Virus record (IMG/VR): IMGVR_UViG_3300045825_000261 | Coordinates: 21,175-85,174 of that record | Reading direction: 5' to 3' (one strand) | Source: a virus | Length of the DNA stretch: 64,000 nt | Shown: positions 9,908 through 18,974 of the stretch, piece by piece | Numbering within the stretch: position 1 is the first letter of the stretch | Layout: the number at the start of each line of letters is the position of its first letter | Program-made: the position numbers and the translations under genes | Notes under the pieces: generated by a model | The model's database searches: none | What the model was told of the DNA's origin: nothing | The model's input: only the letters and a program-made list of their open reading frames with translations

Positions 9908-10563
9908 TTGATTCCCCTTATCGCAGATTTTTTTAACTCAAACCTTGCCTTACTTACCGACGCTTCGCTGACTCCAAGCAAAACAAGAAAATTACAAATA
10001 AAACTCATATCAATTGTCTGTCTTGCTCTTTTTTGCTGTCCGGCTTGTCGAGTCAACCCAACATGAGCAACGCAAGCCTCAAATTCGCGCTCAAGCTCTT
10101 TGGGCGGGTCAATTAGCCAACGCGCAATCAATGAAGCGAGAGGCGATAGGTTAGAAAGCATCCTACTCAACGACTGAGAAGTGGAAAGCTCACTCTCTGG
10201 CGTTTGACGAGAGCATGTTAAAATATCAAAGTCATCAATATCTGTGCCTGTTGCGCTACTATACCGATGTGCCATTTCTTCAACAGACCTGACTCCATTA
10301 TCGACTCGTTCCTCCTTTACCTTCTCGGCGATTTTGTTGATCTGGTTGTAGGCTGCGCGAGTGTAGTAACTTGAAAACTTATACCCACACTCTTCAGAAA
10401 ACCCATCAAACGCCTTTACAAAAACAACGCTTAACTCCTGCACAAGATCGTCATAGTCTACCGGCGCACCCATCGCAACAAGTCGCCCATAACCTTTTCT
10501 CGCCGCGTAATGCACGAGCCCCACATGAGTGGTGTAGTATTTGTTTAACTCATTGCGGTCCAT
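9904..10563 (-). CDS. sigma70 region-2-like factor
   Basis: HVGLVHYAARK...DDLVQE...KAFDGF...GYKFSSY..RAAYNQI. Confidence 0.7.
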   Translation of the reverse strand: MDRNELNKYYTTHVGLVHYAARKGYGRLVAMGAPVDYDDLVQELSVVFVKAFDGFSEECGYKFSSYYTRAAYNQINKIAEKVKEERVDNGVRSVEEMAHRYSSATGTDIDDFDILTCSRQTPESELSTSQSLSRMLSNLSPLASLIARWLIDPPKELEREFEACVAHVGLTRQAGQQKRARQTIDMSFICNFLVLLGVSEASVSKARFELKKSAIRGIK

Positions 10564-10567
10564 GAGA

Positions 10568-11755
10568 TTAACCAAATATTCTCTGAGCGAGGCCATCAAT
10601 TACTTCGCGATCCACGCGAGATAGCTTATTGATAAACGATAGCGTCAGACCTTGACGGAACGAGCCACGCTTAACACCGATCTTGGCCGCGTAAATCAAG
10701 GTGCGTGGCGAAATAACGTCACTGACCTTTGCGCCGTCATACGCATCACGAACAAGCCCTGCGAACTCAACCATCTTGTCAGCGTCCTCTTTAACCAGAC
10801 CAACGTGATTTTGAAGAATTTGCGACTCAGCCTTCTTGTTCATGTACTGCTTGTTCACAACCATGCCGAAGCGGTCGTAGTTGGCGCTGTTACCGATAAC
10901 CGTACCTTGATACAGACCAGTTTCGTCACCGGAGCCATTTGTGTTACCTGTAGCAACGAAGCGAAAGTTCGGGTGAGGCTTGATAATGCGCATCGTTACA
11001 GGTGCTTCCTTGATGACCAGCGGCTTACCTTCGAGCACGGCTTGATAGACCGAACTTACAGAAGGCAGCATGAAGTCATATTCATCAGCGCAGTACGTCC
11101 AGCCGTTGATCATCGCAAGAGGCAATTGACCGTATTCAAATACAGTGTGACCATCTTTCACCGTCCACTGACCGACAATGTGGCTCTCTTCAGTGTTCAC
11201 GGTATGCTGAACGCGAACGTATGGGCGACCAGTGCGTGCCGCTACCTGCTCATGCAGTTCTGATTTACCAGCGCCCTTGTGACCCCAGACGTAGCAAGGA
11301 ATATTCAGTTCTTGCGCCAAGATCACGTTTTTCAATTCGTCAATATCGAAGACGTAATTGTCAGATATGTCCGGTACAAAATCCTGACACGAGCTATTGA
11401 CCAGAACGCCGATGGGTATCGCTTCGCCTTTTGCAGACATTGCAGACTTAACCTTGCCAAGACCAAAAACTTCGTGAAATGCCTTTTTAATGATCGAGTC
11501 TTTGGGCGCGACAGTTGCGGAGGTCGCCATTTCAAATTTCAAACCAGAGGCTTCAGCCGGTGCTGCCGCTGCGGCACGCTTTTCTGCACGCTTTTCTGCA
11601 AGCTTTGTCTGAGCAAATTCAGACATGAGCGGAGCTTCTGGGAATTTAGCCACGTACTGCTCGGTGGTCATTTCGGGGTGATCCTTCTTCAAGTGCAGTT
11701 GAACTGAGTGAATTTGAGCTCCGCAAATTGCGCAAGTGATTTTGTCTGTTGACAT
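10568..11755 (-). CDS. CobS/MoxR-like AAA+ ATPase with N-terminal zinc finger
   Basis: GHKGAGKS, ADEYD, HPNFRFVATGNT, DRF, ISPR; N-terminal CAIC..H..H. Confidence 0.9.
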   Translation of the reverse strand: MSTDKITCAICGAQIHSVQLHLKKDHPEMTTEQYVAKFPEAPLMSEFAQTKLAEKRAEKRAAAAAPAEASGLKFEMATSATVAPKDSIIKKAFHEVFGLGKVKSAMSAKGEAIPIGVLVNSSCQDFVPDISDNYVFDIDELKNVILAQELNIPCYVWGHKGAGKSELHEQVAARTGRPYVRVQHTVNTEESHIVGQWTVKDGHTVFEYGQLPLAMINGWTYCADEYDFMLPSVSSVYQAVLEGKPLVIKEAPVTMRIIKPHPNFRFVATGNTNGSGDETGLYQGTVIGNSANYDRFGMVVNKQYMNKKAESQILQNHVGLVKEDADKMVEFAGLVRDAYDGAKVSDVISPRTLIYAAKIGVKRGSFRQGLTLSFINKLSRVDREVIDGLAQRIFG

Positions 11756-11867
11756 ATAAGTCTCCTAAAATTTGATTCAGTGCAGCAACATTGCTGCGAC
11801 AGAAGAATAATAATCATTTCTGTCAGGATAGACAAGTCACTTGTGACTTATCCTGACGGTTATCCAA

Positions 11868-13814
11868 TTAAGCTACCAGCAAGTGACGCAATTCCTTGAT
11901 AACCTGATTTGGCAACTCGGTCACGTCATTTATAACCAAGTTCTTTGGGTAGAACTTGCGAACTGACTCATCCATGATGCCAATACCGACAACCTTCACT
12001 CCTGACTTAGTTACCTCGGCAACAACCTTAGTCAAGTGCGTCCGCATTGCGCAACTATCGCCGTAAGCACTTGGTGAGCCGTCCGACAGTACGATCATCA
12101 CCTTGCCTGTTTCGCGCCTTACCTTGAGACGATGAGCGGCGACCTCGACACATTCGCCGTCCACGTTGTTTCGTAAAATGCTTGAGTTAGGCAACCAACC
12201 AAAGCGGTCACGAACTGGTGCGGTTAGGCGCTCATCGAAAGACTTCAGTATCGGCATATACAATGGCTCGCTTCGCGAAAAATTGCGCCCAAGCTTTTTA
12301 ACCTCCGCCTCAATAGCGTATCTGTCTTCAGAGCTACCGCCGGTCGTGAAGCAGATCACCTCATGCTTGATGCCAATACGTTCGAGAACCTGCGACAGCG
12401 CATAGGCCGCCTGTGTCGCCAGATGAATTTTCGCACCAGCCATCGAACCAGACGCATCAATAACCAAAGACACCGCCACGTCCTTGCTGTTCGCTTCGTG
12501 CTTTTTGCGAAACACACGATCGTCGCCACAAGCTAAACGAGAAAGGTTAGCGGCGTGCATACGGCCGGAACGACGACCGTTTTCCCACTGAGACAAAGAA
12601 CGGGCAGCTATGGCGCGTTCAAGGTCTTTTTGCAGTGGCCCAACCATGTGATCAACCTTATCTGCCAAGCTAACAAACATTTCAGGGCGGTAGTCTCTAC
12701 CAACCTTCAGAGGCTCAACAACATCGTCGTCCTTTGTAAAAACAAGGTAATCAGACTCTTTAGCCATACCAAGAGCGGAGTCAGAGATTACGACCGACAT
12801 TGCCTCGTCAAAGCCGTTTGCAGAATCTTTATCAACCGCAGCCATGATTGCCGACGTGTCGCCAAGCTCAACTTCTTTATCGGAAGAGTCGCTTTCAGTC
12901 TCGTCTTCGGCGTCACCTTCAGAACCGCCTTCTTCAGAATCATCTTCGCCTTCTTCAGAATCATCTTCGCCACTCTCTGACTTTTCTGATTTTTCACCTT
13001 CATCAGACTCGCCTTCGTCTTTACTTTCCTCGTCAGACTCGCCTTCCTTTTCTTCAGATTTGGCTTTAGACTCTGGTGCTTTACCTTTACTCTTGGTCGA
13101 TTTTTTAGACTTCGATTCGCCTTCACCTTCGTCACCAGCGCCATCTTCATTCTTGTCTTCCGACTTTTTATCACTCTTATCGCCACTGCGAAGGCGCTTT
13201 TCAATTTCTTGCGCAAGCGCAAAACACTCTTCGGTAGACGAGGCGCGTTCTATTTGCGATTCCAAATCTTTGATTTTTTCATAAATCGGCTTTACGCTTT
13301 CCATCTTGTCACGCATGAACTCTTTGAAGAGCCACTGACCAGACATTGCGCGAAGCAGCGGAACAAGCAGTACGCCGACTAGCTTATTCATATCGCCCTC
13401 TTCCATCGCCTCTTTCATTTTCGGTACGGTGAACTTGTCCAAAAAGAACTTACCAGTGACAGACAGGTTACTTGCGCATCCGGCGAACTTCTTACCCATG
13501 CACTTTTCAACACGAGGGTCTTCAAGAGCATTCAGCATTTTTCCACAACCTGCCTTGTTTGCCTTTTGCATGACTGAAAAATCGCTAAACATAATGTGAG
13601 CAACTTCGTGATCCAAGAAGCCTTGAATCGCATAACACAATTCGTCAGTTGCGTTATCTGGTAAATATGGAAGGTTGACCAGAATTGGTCGACCCATATG
13701 ATCACCTCTAACGTAAGCGGTAACTCCTCGCTGAGTTACCTTAATGCCCTTGCCGGACAGCATTTGTGTGATTTTCACTACCGCATCGCGGAGGACTAAT
13801 ACTCTATCGCTCAT
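11868..13814 (-). CDS. CobT-like vWA protein
   Basis: DHEVAH, LEDPRVE, acidic linker, MIDAS DASGS, LSDGSP. Confidence 0.9.
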   Translation of the reverse strand: MSDRVLVLRDAVVKITQMLSGKGIKVTQRGVTAYVRGDHMGRPILVNLPYLPDNATDELCYAIQGFLDHEVAHIMFSDFSVMQKANKAGCGKMLNALEDPRVEKCMGKKFAGCASNLSVTGKFFLDKFTVPKMKEAMEEGDMNKLVGVLLVPLLRAMSGQWLFKEFMRDKMESVKPIYEKIKDLESQIERASSTEECFALAQEIEKRLRSGDKSDKKSEDKNEDGAGDEGEGESKSKKSTKSKGKAPESKAKSEEKEGESDEESKDEGESDEGEKSEKSESGEDDSEEGEDDSEEGGSEGDAEDETESDSSDKEVELGDTSAIMAAVDKDSANGFDEAMSVVISDSALGMAKESDYLVFTKDDDVVEPLKVGRDYRPEMFVSLADKVDHMVGPLQKDLERAIAARSLSQWENGRRSGRMHAANLSRLACGDDRVFRKKHEANSKDVAVSLVIDASGSMAGAKIHLATQAAYALSQVLERIGIKHEVICFTTGGSSEDRYAIEAEVKKLGRNFSRSEPLYMPILKSFDERLTAPVRDRFGWLPNSSILRNNVDGECVEVAAHRLKVRRETGKVMIVLSDGSPSAYGDSCAMRTHLTKVVAEVTKSGVKVVGIGIMDESVRKFYPKNLVINDVTELPNQVIKELRHLLVA

Positions 13815-13947
13815 TCTCTTCCCCTTTAAGTCACTATTGACTGAACAATTACATGATACTCAGACAGGTCAGGAAGAGCAAACAACTTTTTAATTGCCCA
13901 AGGTGAGAGTATCGAGACTTTGCAACATTCTCACCCTGGAAACGAGG

Positions 13948-14133
13948 TTACTGGATTACCGCCGCCCTGCCACATGCGGTATTAACAATGGAAAAAACTT
14001 CGCCATTTTCATCTTTAACTATATGAATCAAGGCTGAACCAATATCTATACTTGAAATTGTTTCGGTTGTCTCAACTATACGGCAATAATTTTCCAAACT
14101 AATCTCATCAACTGCGAGCTTTTCGTAACTCAT
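13948..14133 (-). CDS. hypothetical protein
   Basis: Short ORF with AAGGAG RBS. Confidence 0.65.
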   Translation of the reverse strand: MSYEKLAVDEISLENYCRIVETTETISSIDIGSALIHIVKDENGEVFSIVNTACGRAAVIQ

Positions 14134-14449
14134 AACATCTCCTTATATAAATATACACAAACATCAAAACGAATCAATCTTACACTAAACTTACATATAA
14201 TCACAGTAATTATAGTCATTTTTTACTTACTTTTTTCAATATTTTTAAACAAACCATACACAAACAAGAAAAGGCTCACAACTCATAAGAAACTACCTAT
14301 ACATAAATAAGAAAAGTACGATTGGGAAAATTAATATATTATTTTTTAAAAAACTACTTCACCACTAGGTTATTTTTTCTATAATACGCTTAAGTAAGCA
14401 ATATGTTGCTAACCCACAAAATTACGACTAATTAAGTCAATAGGAGAAA

Positions 14450-14896
14450 ATGATGGTTGAAAAAACTGTTAATACGAAGCACTCTAATAACATTACAAAG
14501 AAAACAAGATCGGTAGCAGAGTATATCTCTTGGCAAATTGCGCTTTGCGGAAAGCCGCAGTTGGACATAGCGGTAGAAGCCGGTTTCGAGAAACCGAACA
14601 TCGTAACGATGATCAAGCAGGGCAAGACAAAACTACCACTGGGCAAAATAGGCAAGTTCGCAAAGGCCATCGAGGTTGATCCAATGCACTTGCTCAAACT
14701 TTGCATGTCGGAATACTGGCCCGACACATGGAATGAAATAGAAAGCATCTCAAAACAACCCGTACTTACCAACAACGAAATTAGCATTATTATGGAGATT
14801 CGCGAGTGTGGGGCGGGCAATCCCAAGATCAGCACAGATGAAGACAGAGAGCGTTTGGCTGTATTCGTAAGTACACTCAAAACAGACAATCAATAA
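14450..14896 (+). CDS. XRE-family HTH repressor
   Basis: GKPQLDIAVEAGF.KPNIVTMIKQGKTKLP; divergent from leftward genes, upstream of xis. Confidence 0.8.
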   Translation: MMVEKTVNTKHSNNITKKTRSVAEYISWQIALCGKPQLDIAVEAGFEKPNIVTMIKQGKTKLPLGKIGKFAKAIEVDPMHLLKLCMSEYWPDTWNEIESISKQPVLTNNEISIIMEIRECGAGNPKISTDEDRERLAVFVSTLKTDNQ

Positions 14897-14946
14897 TTCA
14901 ATGGCGGAAAAATGATAGGGCGCTCACTGTAGCGCTCTATTTTGGC

Positions 14947-14976
14947 TTGCAAAAGTAAGTCATAACTGACTATAAT
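14947..14976 (+). promoter_or_regulatory. sigma70-like xis promoter with operator palindrome in spacer
   Basis: TTGCAA-18-TATAAT; TAAGTCATAACTGACTAT at 14956-14973. Confidence 0.65.
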
Positions 14977-15006
14977 TTCGCCTGTTGAAACTTTGCAAGC
15001 GTTGCT

Positions 15007-15297
15007 ATGAAAACATTTGACGTTGCCGCATGTGCGGACTTCCTTAAAATTCACCGAACCACAGTCCTAAAGCTTGTGGCGTCTGGCGACCTTCCAGGCG
15101 CAAAGATAGGCCGCGCCTGGGTCTTTCTTGAAACAGACTTAATCGACTATATACGCAACGCCATTCGCTCACAGAGTCACGTCACAACTAAGCCACAAGT
15201 GACTGAAGCTATGCGAGCAGAGCCAATAGGTCGTAAGCGAAAGGTTGCGCCAGACCTCTCTGCATACACGTCACCACATCTTTCGCGCCAAATCTGA
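15007..15297 (+). CDS. excisionase-like HTH protein
   Basis: CADFLKIHRTTV...GDLPGAKIGRAWVF; convergent with integrase. Confidence 0.85.
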   Translation: MKTFDVAACADFLKIHRTTVLKLVASGDLPGAKIGRAWVFLETDLIDYIRNAIRSQSHVTTKPQVTEAMRAEPIGRKRKVAPDLSAYTSPHLSRQI

Positions 15298-16446
15298 CGC
15301 CCTAAGATTTGCATAGCGACCCAACATTTGAGTGCTGCTGTGTCCGGTGATCTTCATAATCTCAAAGTCCGACATTTCCGTTCTCTCGAAAAGTCTACTG
15401 GTCGCCTCGTGGCGCATGTCGTGAAAGTTTAAATCAACACAGCCGGCCGCCTCAAAGATTCTGGTGAACTGGTGCGACAGTGCCGATGTAACTTTCTCAT
15501 ATCGCTCCTTTGGCAAAAGCATAGCGATCTTCTTCTCAGCGAGCCATGGGAATAGATACCCACCGTCAAACGTAAACAACTCCATTCCTCTTCGCTTTGC
15601 AAGAACGTGCTCCGTATAGGTAATCAGGCTCGCGATGGCAACAGACGACAGCGGCACCTGTCTGCTTTTGCCATTTTTGGTTTTTTTAAGAAAGATTGTC
15701 GCATTCTCAATGTCCACCATGTCCATTTCAATTGAATAGATTTCACTGAGCCGCATTGCTGATTCAACAGCAAGATCAAACACGCACTCGATAGCCGCTT
15801 GGTAATCAAGCTTAAACGCCCTTTCTCGGCCCTCTGGCTTAACCTTGTTCATCACCGCCCTAATTCGCTCTTCCTCACCAGACTCAAGGCGTCTGATGCG
15901 CCCTGCGCTGTGCTTAACCTCCAACGTGTCATCTTTAGCAATGACGGCCGCATCTGCTGGCGTATAGGCGGAATACCCCTTCGGCAACAGTCTGAGAGGG
16001 TTTGGAGCAAGCTCCGCAACACCCTGCGTTATTGCCCAGTCAAAACACCGAGCAAGCGCACCGACATTATGTCTGATTGTGGATGGGGACAAATTAGCCA
16101 CGCGCTTCATCGAGCTTATCCATGACTCGATCCACTTGTAGTTGACGAGTCTTATACTTACACCGCCAACCTTATTAAGCAAACCACTCAGGTAATCAGT
16201 ATCGCAGGACGTGACGTGACGCTCGCGCATATATTCACGAATAAGATCGCCAATTGAAGAATACTTCTTCACATCGTCAAGAAGCTCTGGTGGCACGATA
16301 CCGGCATCGAGCAACGACTCGACATGTTTGCCGTAAGCGATCGCAGCCTCTTCCGTATCGAATGTCCAATACCACGGCTTTTCTCTTACTGCTTTTCTTT
16401 TCACGGTCAACTCAAAGCGACCGCCTCTTGGCTTAATTGACGCCAT
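15271..16446 (-). CDS. int: tyrosine integrase
   Basis: AMRLSEI, KTKNG, FHDMRHEATS, ITGH, RY catalytic set. Confidence 0.95.
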   Translation of the reverse strand: MASIKPRGGRFELTVKRKAVREKPWYWTFDTEEAAIAYGKHVESLLDAGIVPPELLDDVKKYSSIGDLIREYMRERHVTSCDTDYLSGLLNKVGGVSIRLVNYKWIESWISSMKRVANLSPSTIRHNVGALARCFDWAITQGVAELAPNPLRLLPKGYSAYTPADAAVIAKDDTLEVKHSAGRIRRLESGEEERIRAVMNKVKPEGRERAFKLDYQAAIECVFDLAVESAMRLSEIYSIEMDMVDIENATIFLKKTKNGKSRQVPLSSVAIASLITYTEHVLAKRRGMELFTFDGGYLFPWLAEKKIAMLLPKERYEKVTSALSHQFTRIFEAAGCVDLNFHDMRHEATSRLFERTEMSDFEIMKITGHSSTQMLGRYANLRASDLARKMW

Positions 16447-16513
16447 AACGACTCCCGTTCGCCCACATGGGCTGATTATTGTAACTCACGTCCTTGCACA
16501 AAAGTATGGTTAG

Positions 16514-16727
16514 TCGGTAGGTTCTGCCTACCGAGCAGCCGACTTGATGCGACTTTTGGCGACTTTAGACGATAATGGGCAAATAAAAAGCCGCCCGAAG
16601 GTGGCTTAACTTGTTGATTTTGTGGTGCATTTTGTTTTTTACTTCAGATGGTGAGTGGATTTGCAATCCGTCCGGTTATCTTTAGAATCAGTAACTTACA
16701 AGCTTCGCCTACTAACTTGCCTACCGA
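16514..16727. other. intact attP
   Basis: Core GGATTTGCAATCC at 16657-16669. Arm repeats GCCTAC(C/T)(G/A)A at 16526, 16707, 16719 and inverted at 16514. IHF-like sites at 16607-16619 and 16686-16698. Phased CGACTT at 16540/16550/16560. Confidence 0.75.
16585..16607 (-). terminator. intrinsic terminator
   Basis: Minus strand AAGCCACC-TTCG-GGCGGCTTTTT. Confidence 0.75.
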
Positions 16728-16731
16728 TATT

Positions 16732-16805
16732 TGGAGGTGCGTCCCAGAGTCGAACTGGGCTAACGTGATTTGCAATCACGGGCATAACCGATTTGCTAAC
16801 GCACC
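16732..16805 (-). tRNA. tRNA-Cys(GCA)
   Basis: 74 nt; GGTGCGT/ACGCACC acceptor stem, U73, encoded CCA, anticodon arm CGTGA-TTGCAAA-TCACG, T arm CCCAG-TTCGACT-CTGGG. Confidence 0.95.
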
Positions 16806-16822
16806 ACAAACCAACGGACAGC

Positions 16823-16851
16823 ATAGTACCTTATACAGTGATCTTCGTCCA
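16823..16851 (-). promoter_or_regulatory. putative tRNA promoter
   Basis: TGGACG-17-TACTAT followed by GC-rich discriminator. Confidence 0.5.
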
Positions 16852-17262
16852 CTGCTCTTCCCAAGAGCTCGCCTCAACATCTTCGTCTATCCAGATCAAG
16901 CGATCACAGGCAACATCAAGCTCGCACCACAATAATCCAAAAACCTGACTAATCATCCACTCAAGATCAAACAACTGCTGTGGCTTACCGCCAATCTCGA
17001 TCCAGAACACGTACTTGCAGGCTATATGTACAGGTTGAGATTTTAAAATATGCACCGCATACTCCGATAGCTCACCATTAACAACCATAGACCTCGCATC
17101 ACTCCACGTCAGAGAGATAACGCTATCGGGGTACATAGATGTGTCCAATCCAAATAAAACTGCGGCAGGACAAGGGCGAGGCAACTTCTCAAAGCCGCGA
17201 CGCAACTGTCCTGCCGTCATTCTTGCGTAATTGTGTCCAGTCATACTTCCTCCTGGACACAA
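16831..17262 (-). CDS. hypothetical protein resembling a degenerate tyrosine-recombinase catalytic fragment
   Basis: AAVLFGLDTSMYPDSVISLTWSD resembles box I without Arg; start may be ATG 17244. Confidence 0.55.
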   Translation of the reverse strand: MCPGGSMTGHNYARMTAGQLRRGFEKLPRPCPAAVLFGLDTSMYPDSVISLTWSDARSMVVNGELSEYAVHILKSQPVHIACKYVFWIEIGGKPQQLFDLEWMISQVFGLLWCELDVACDRLIWIDEDVEASSWEEQWTKITV

Positions 17263-17269
17263 GTATAGC

Positions 17270-17923
17270 CTAGTCGCGTCTTACGGGAACATGAATGGCG
17301 CTTGCCATGACTAGAGTCAAGACCTGATCCATAACAATATAAGCATTCATTTCATCAAAGCTTGGAATGTAAAGATCATACTTGTCTTGAGTGCTTTTGG
17401 CGTTAATTGACCAGCCGGCCTCAACTGACAGCATTACATTAAAGCGTGCCGAATAAGTCAATAGTGCTTTATCGTTTACCGATGGGTCGGTTAAGCTAAT
17501 CTCGGACAAGAAGCGACGCAGAAATCTGTCACCAATGACTTCTGGTGGGCAGTCAATAAATAGAGAGATGAACTTAATTCCATTTTGTTTTGCGAACTCC
17601 TTAATCTGCTTTTTACCTTCAGGCTCAACGACAACGACAACGCTTTTACCAAGCGCAAAAATTCTCTCAGTTTCGGCAACAGAGACGCCGTAGTGGTTTC
17701 CGCTAAACTGCACACTCTCCACAAACTCACCTCTTGCAGCGCTTGCGGCAAATGTAACAGCGTCAACGAAATAGTAATCGACGCCATCAACTTCATCTGG
17801 GCGAGGCGTGCGCGTGGTTGTGGAAATTACACTCTCGAAGCCAAGCAGCCCAATCATCATTTCCTCAAGCGTTGATTTGCCGGCACAGGATGGGCCAGTA
17901 AGCGTAACAATCATTCTACTCAT
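17270..17923 (-). CDS. guanylate kinase-like (d)NMP kinase
   Basis: GPSCAGKST, STTTRTPRPDEVDGVDYYFV, GNHYG. Confidence 0.9.
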   Translation of the reverse strand: MSRMIVTLTGPSCAGKSTLEEMMIGLLGFESVISTTTRTPRPDEVDGVDYYFVDAVTFAASAARGEFVESVQFSGNHYGVSVAETERIFALGKSVVVVVEPEGKKQIKEFAKQNGIKFISLFIDCPPEVIGDRFLRRFLSEISLTDPSVNDKALLTYSARFNVMLSVEAGWSINAKSTQDKYDLYIPSFDEMNAYIVMDQVLTLVMASAIHVPVRRD

Positions 17924-17946
17924 TTCATTTCTCCTATCGTTAAAAT

Positions 17947-17972
17947 AATAAGGGAGCCGAAGCTCCCTTATT
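17947..17972 (-). terminator. intrinsic terminator
   Basis: AATAAGGGAGC-CGAA-GCTCCCTTATT. Confidence 0.75.
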
Positions 17973-17993
17973 TGTCGCGTTAATTAAAAACCA

Positions 17994-18704
17994 TTAAGCG
18001 GCTACAGCACCATCATTCATCACCAAGCGCCACTTAGCACCCAAGAACTGCAACACAACTGCGTCATTGCCGTTGAAGGTGATTGTGGTCAAAACGCCAG
18101 GCATATGAAGACCGCGCATTGTTACAGTGCCAGCGCCAAACATCGCCAGAGACTTCTTCTGAGACTCGTCACCATCAGGCAAGTACACATCAAACGCGCC
18201 AGCAGCATTGAACTGAGTGTGCTCGGTATCCATAGAGATGTAGGACAGGGCAGAGCCCAAGTTCGTGGACTGAGTAATAGTGTTTGTACCGCCGGAAGTC
18301 TTAGCGCTTGCAACGGTGAAGCCAGTTGTCGCGCCGTAAGAAGGCGTGCAGGTCAAAGTCGTTGTGCCGTTCGTAGAGAACAGACCAGCGGCAACGCCTG
18401 GATATGCAGCTTGAGAAGCCAACAGACCGTTAAACTGAGCAACCAAGGAGGTCAGAGACGCAGCCAAAGAAGCGCCAGGAACAAACTGAACGGCAGTTGG
18501 GTTAGCGGCTACAGCCGTCAGGGCTACAGCGCCAAAGGTGATCGAATCGCCAGCGGCCCAGTTGGTGCTCAACAACACACTTGATGCAGACGAAATCACA
18601 CCGCCTGCTGTAATTACTTCCGGTACGCCGGATTTTCCAGCTTGAATTGCTGGCATTGGTGCTTGAAAGTGTTCAACGGGCACGTACTTGGGTGAATGAG
18701 ACAT
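17994..18704 (-). CDS. putative virion/decoration protein, beta-rich
   Basis: Ala/Gly/Thr-rich; own RBS, promoter and terminator; internal domain similar to tail-tube insertion. Confidence 0.6.
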   Translation of the reverse strand: MSHSPKYVPVEHFQAPMPAIQAGKSGVPEVITAGGVISSASSVLLSTNWAAGDSITFGAVALTAVAANPTAVQFVPGASLAASLTSLVAQFNGLLASQAAYPGVAAGLFSTNGTTTLTCTPSYGATTGFTVASAKTSGGTNTITQSTNLGSALSYISMDTEHTQFNAAGAFDVYLPDGDESQKKSLAMFGAGTVTMRGLHMPGVLTTITFNGNDAVVLQFLGAKWRLVMNDGAVAA

Positions 18705-18780
18705 CGTATTACTCCTTAAATTAAGTTTGGTAAGTCACGAGTGACTTTATCACAGAAAGAAAAAATGTTCAAGACTTCAC

Positions 18781-18972
18781 CTATATTGAGCCACCTGTCG
18801 GCTGATTGACCAATTTACGTGTAATCATTTCCAAAAACCGCGTCATAACAAAGATCGAAACCTCCTGACCTCGATTGTCCAAAACTCGAACAACCCCACC
18901 CACTCCAGTGGCGATAATTTGCTCCGTCCAGGGGAATGTTGCCTTAATCGCTTCAAACTCTTTTTGATCCAC
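18781..18972 (-). CDS. hypothetical protein
   Basis: Short ORF coupled to ligase, GGAGAG RBS. Confidence 0.6.
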   Translation of the reverse strand: MDQKEFEAIKATFPWTEQIIATGVGGVVRVLDNRGQEVSIFVMTRFLEMITRKLVNQPTGGSI

Positions 18973-18974
18973 AA

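Noticed and set aside
12928-12971. 21-nt tandem duplication in the CobT-like gene
   Set aside because: In-frame repeat within the low-complexity acidic linker.
13898-13939. Imperfect inverted repeat as ncRNA
   Set aside because: A single hairpin after a small ORF; most simply a terminator or stabiliser, with no further support.
16732-16805. tRNA-Cys as host gene marking a prophage boundary
   Set aside because: Phage genes and the operator motif continue on both sides, and arm sites flank a separate core, so this is attP.
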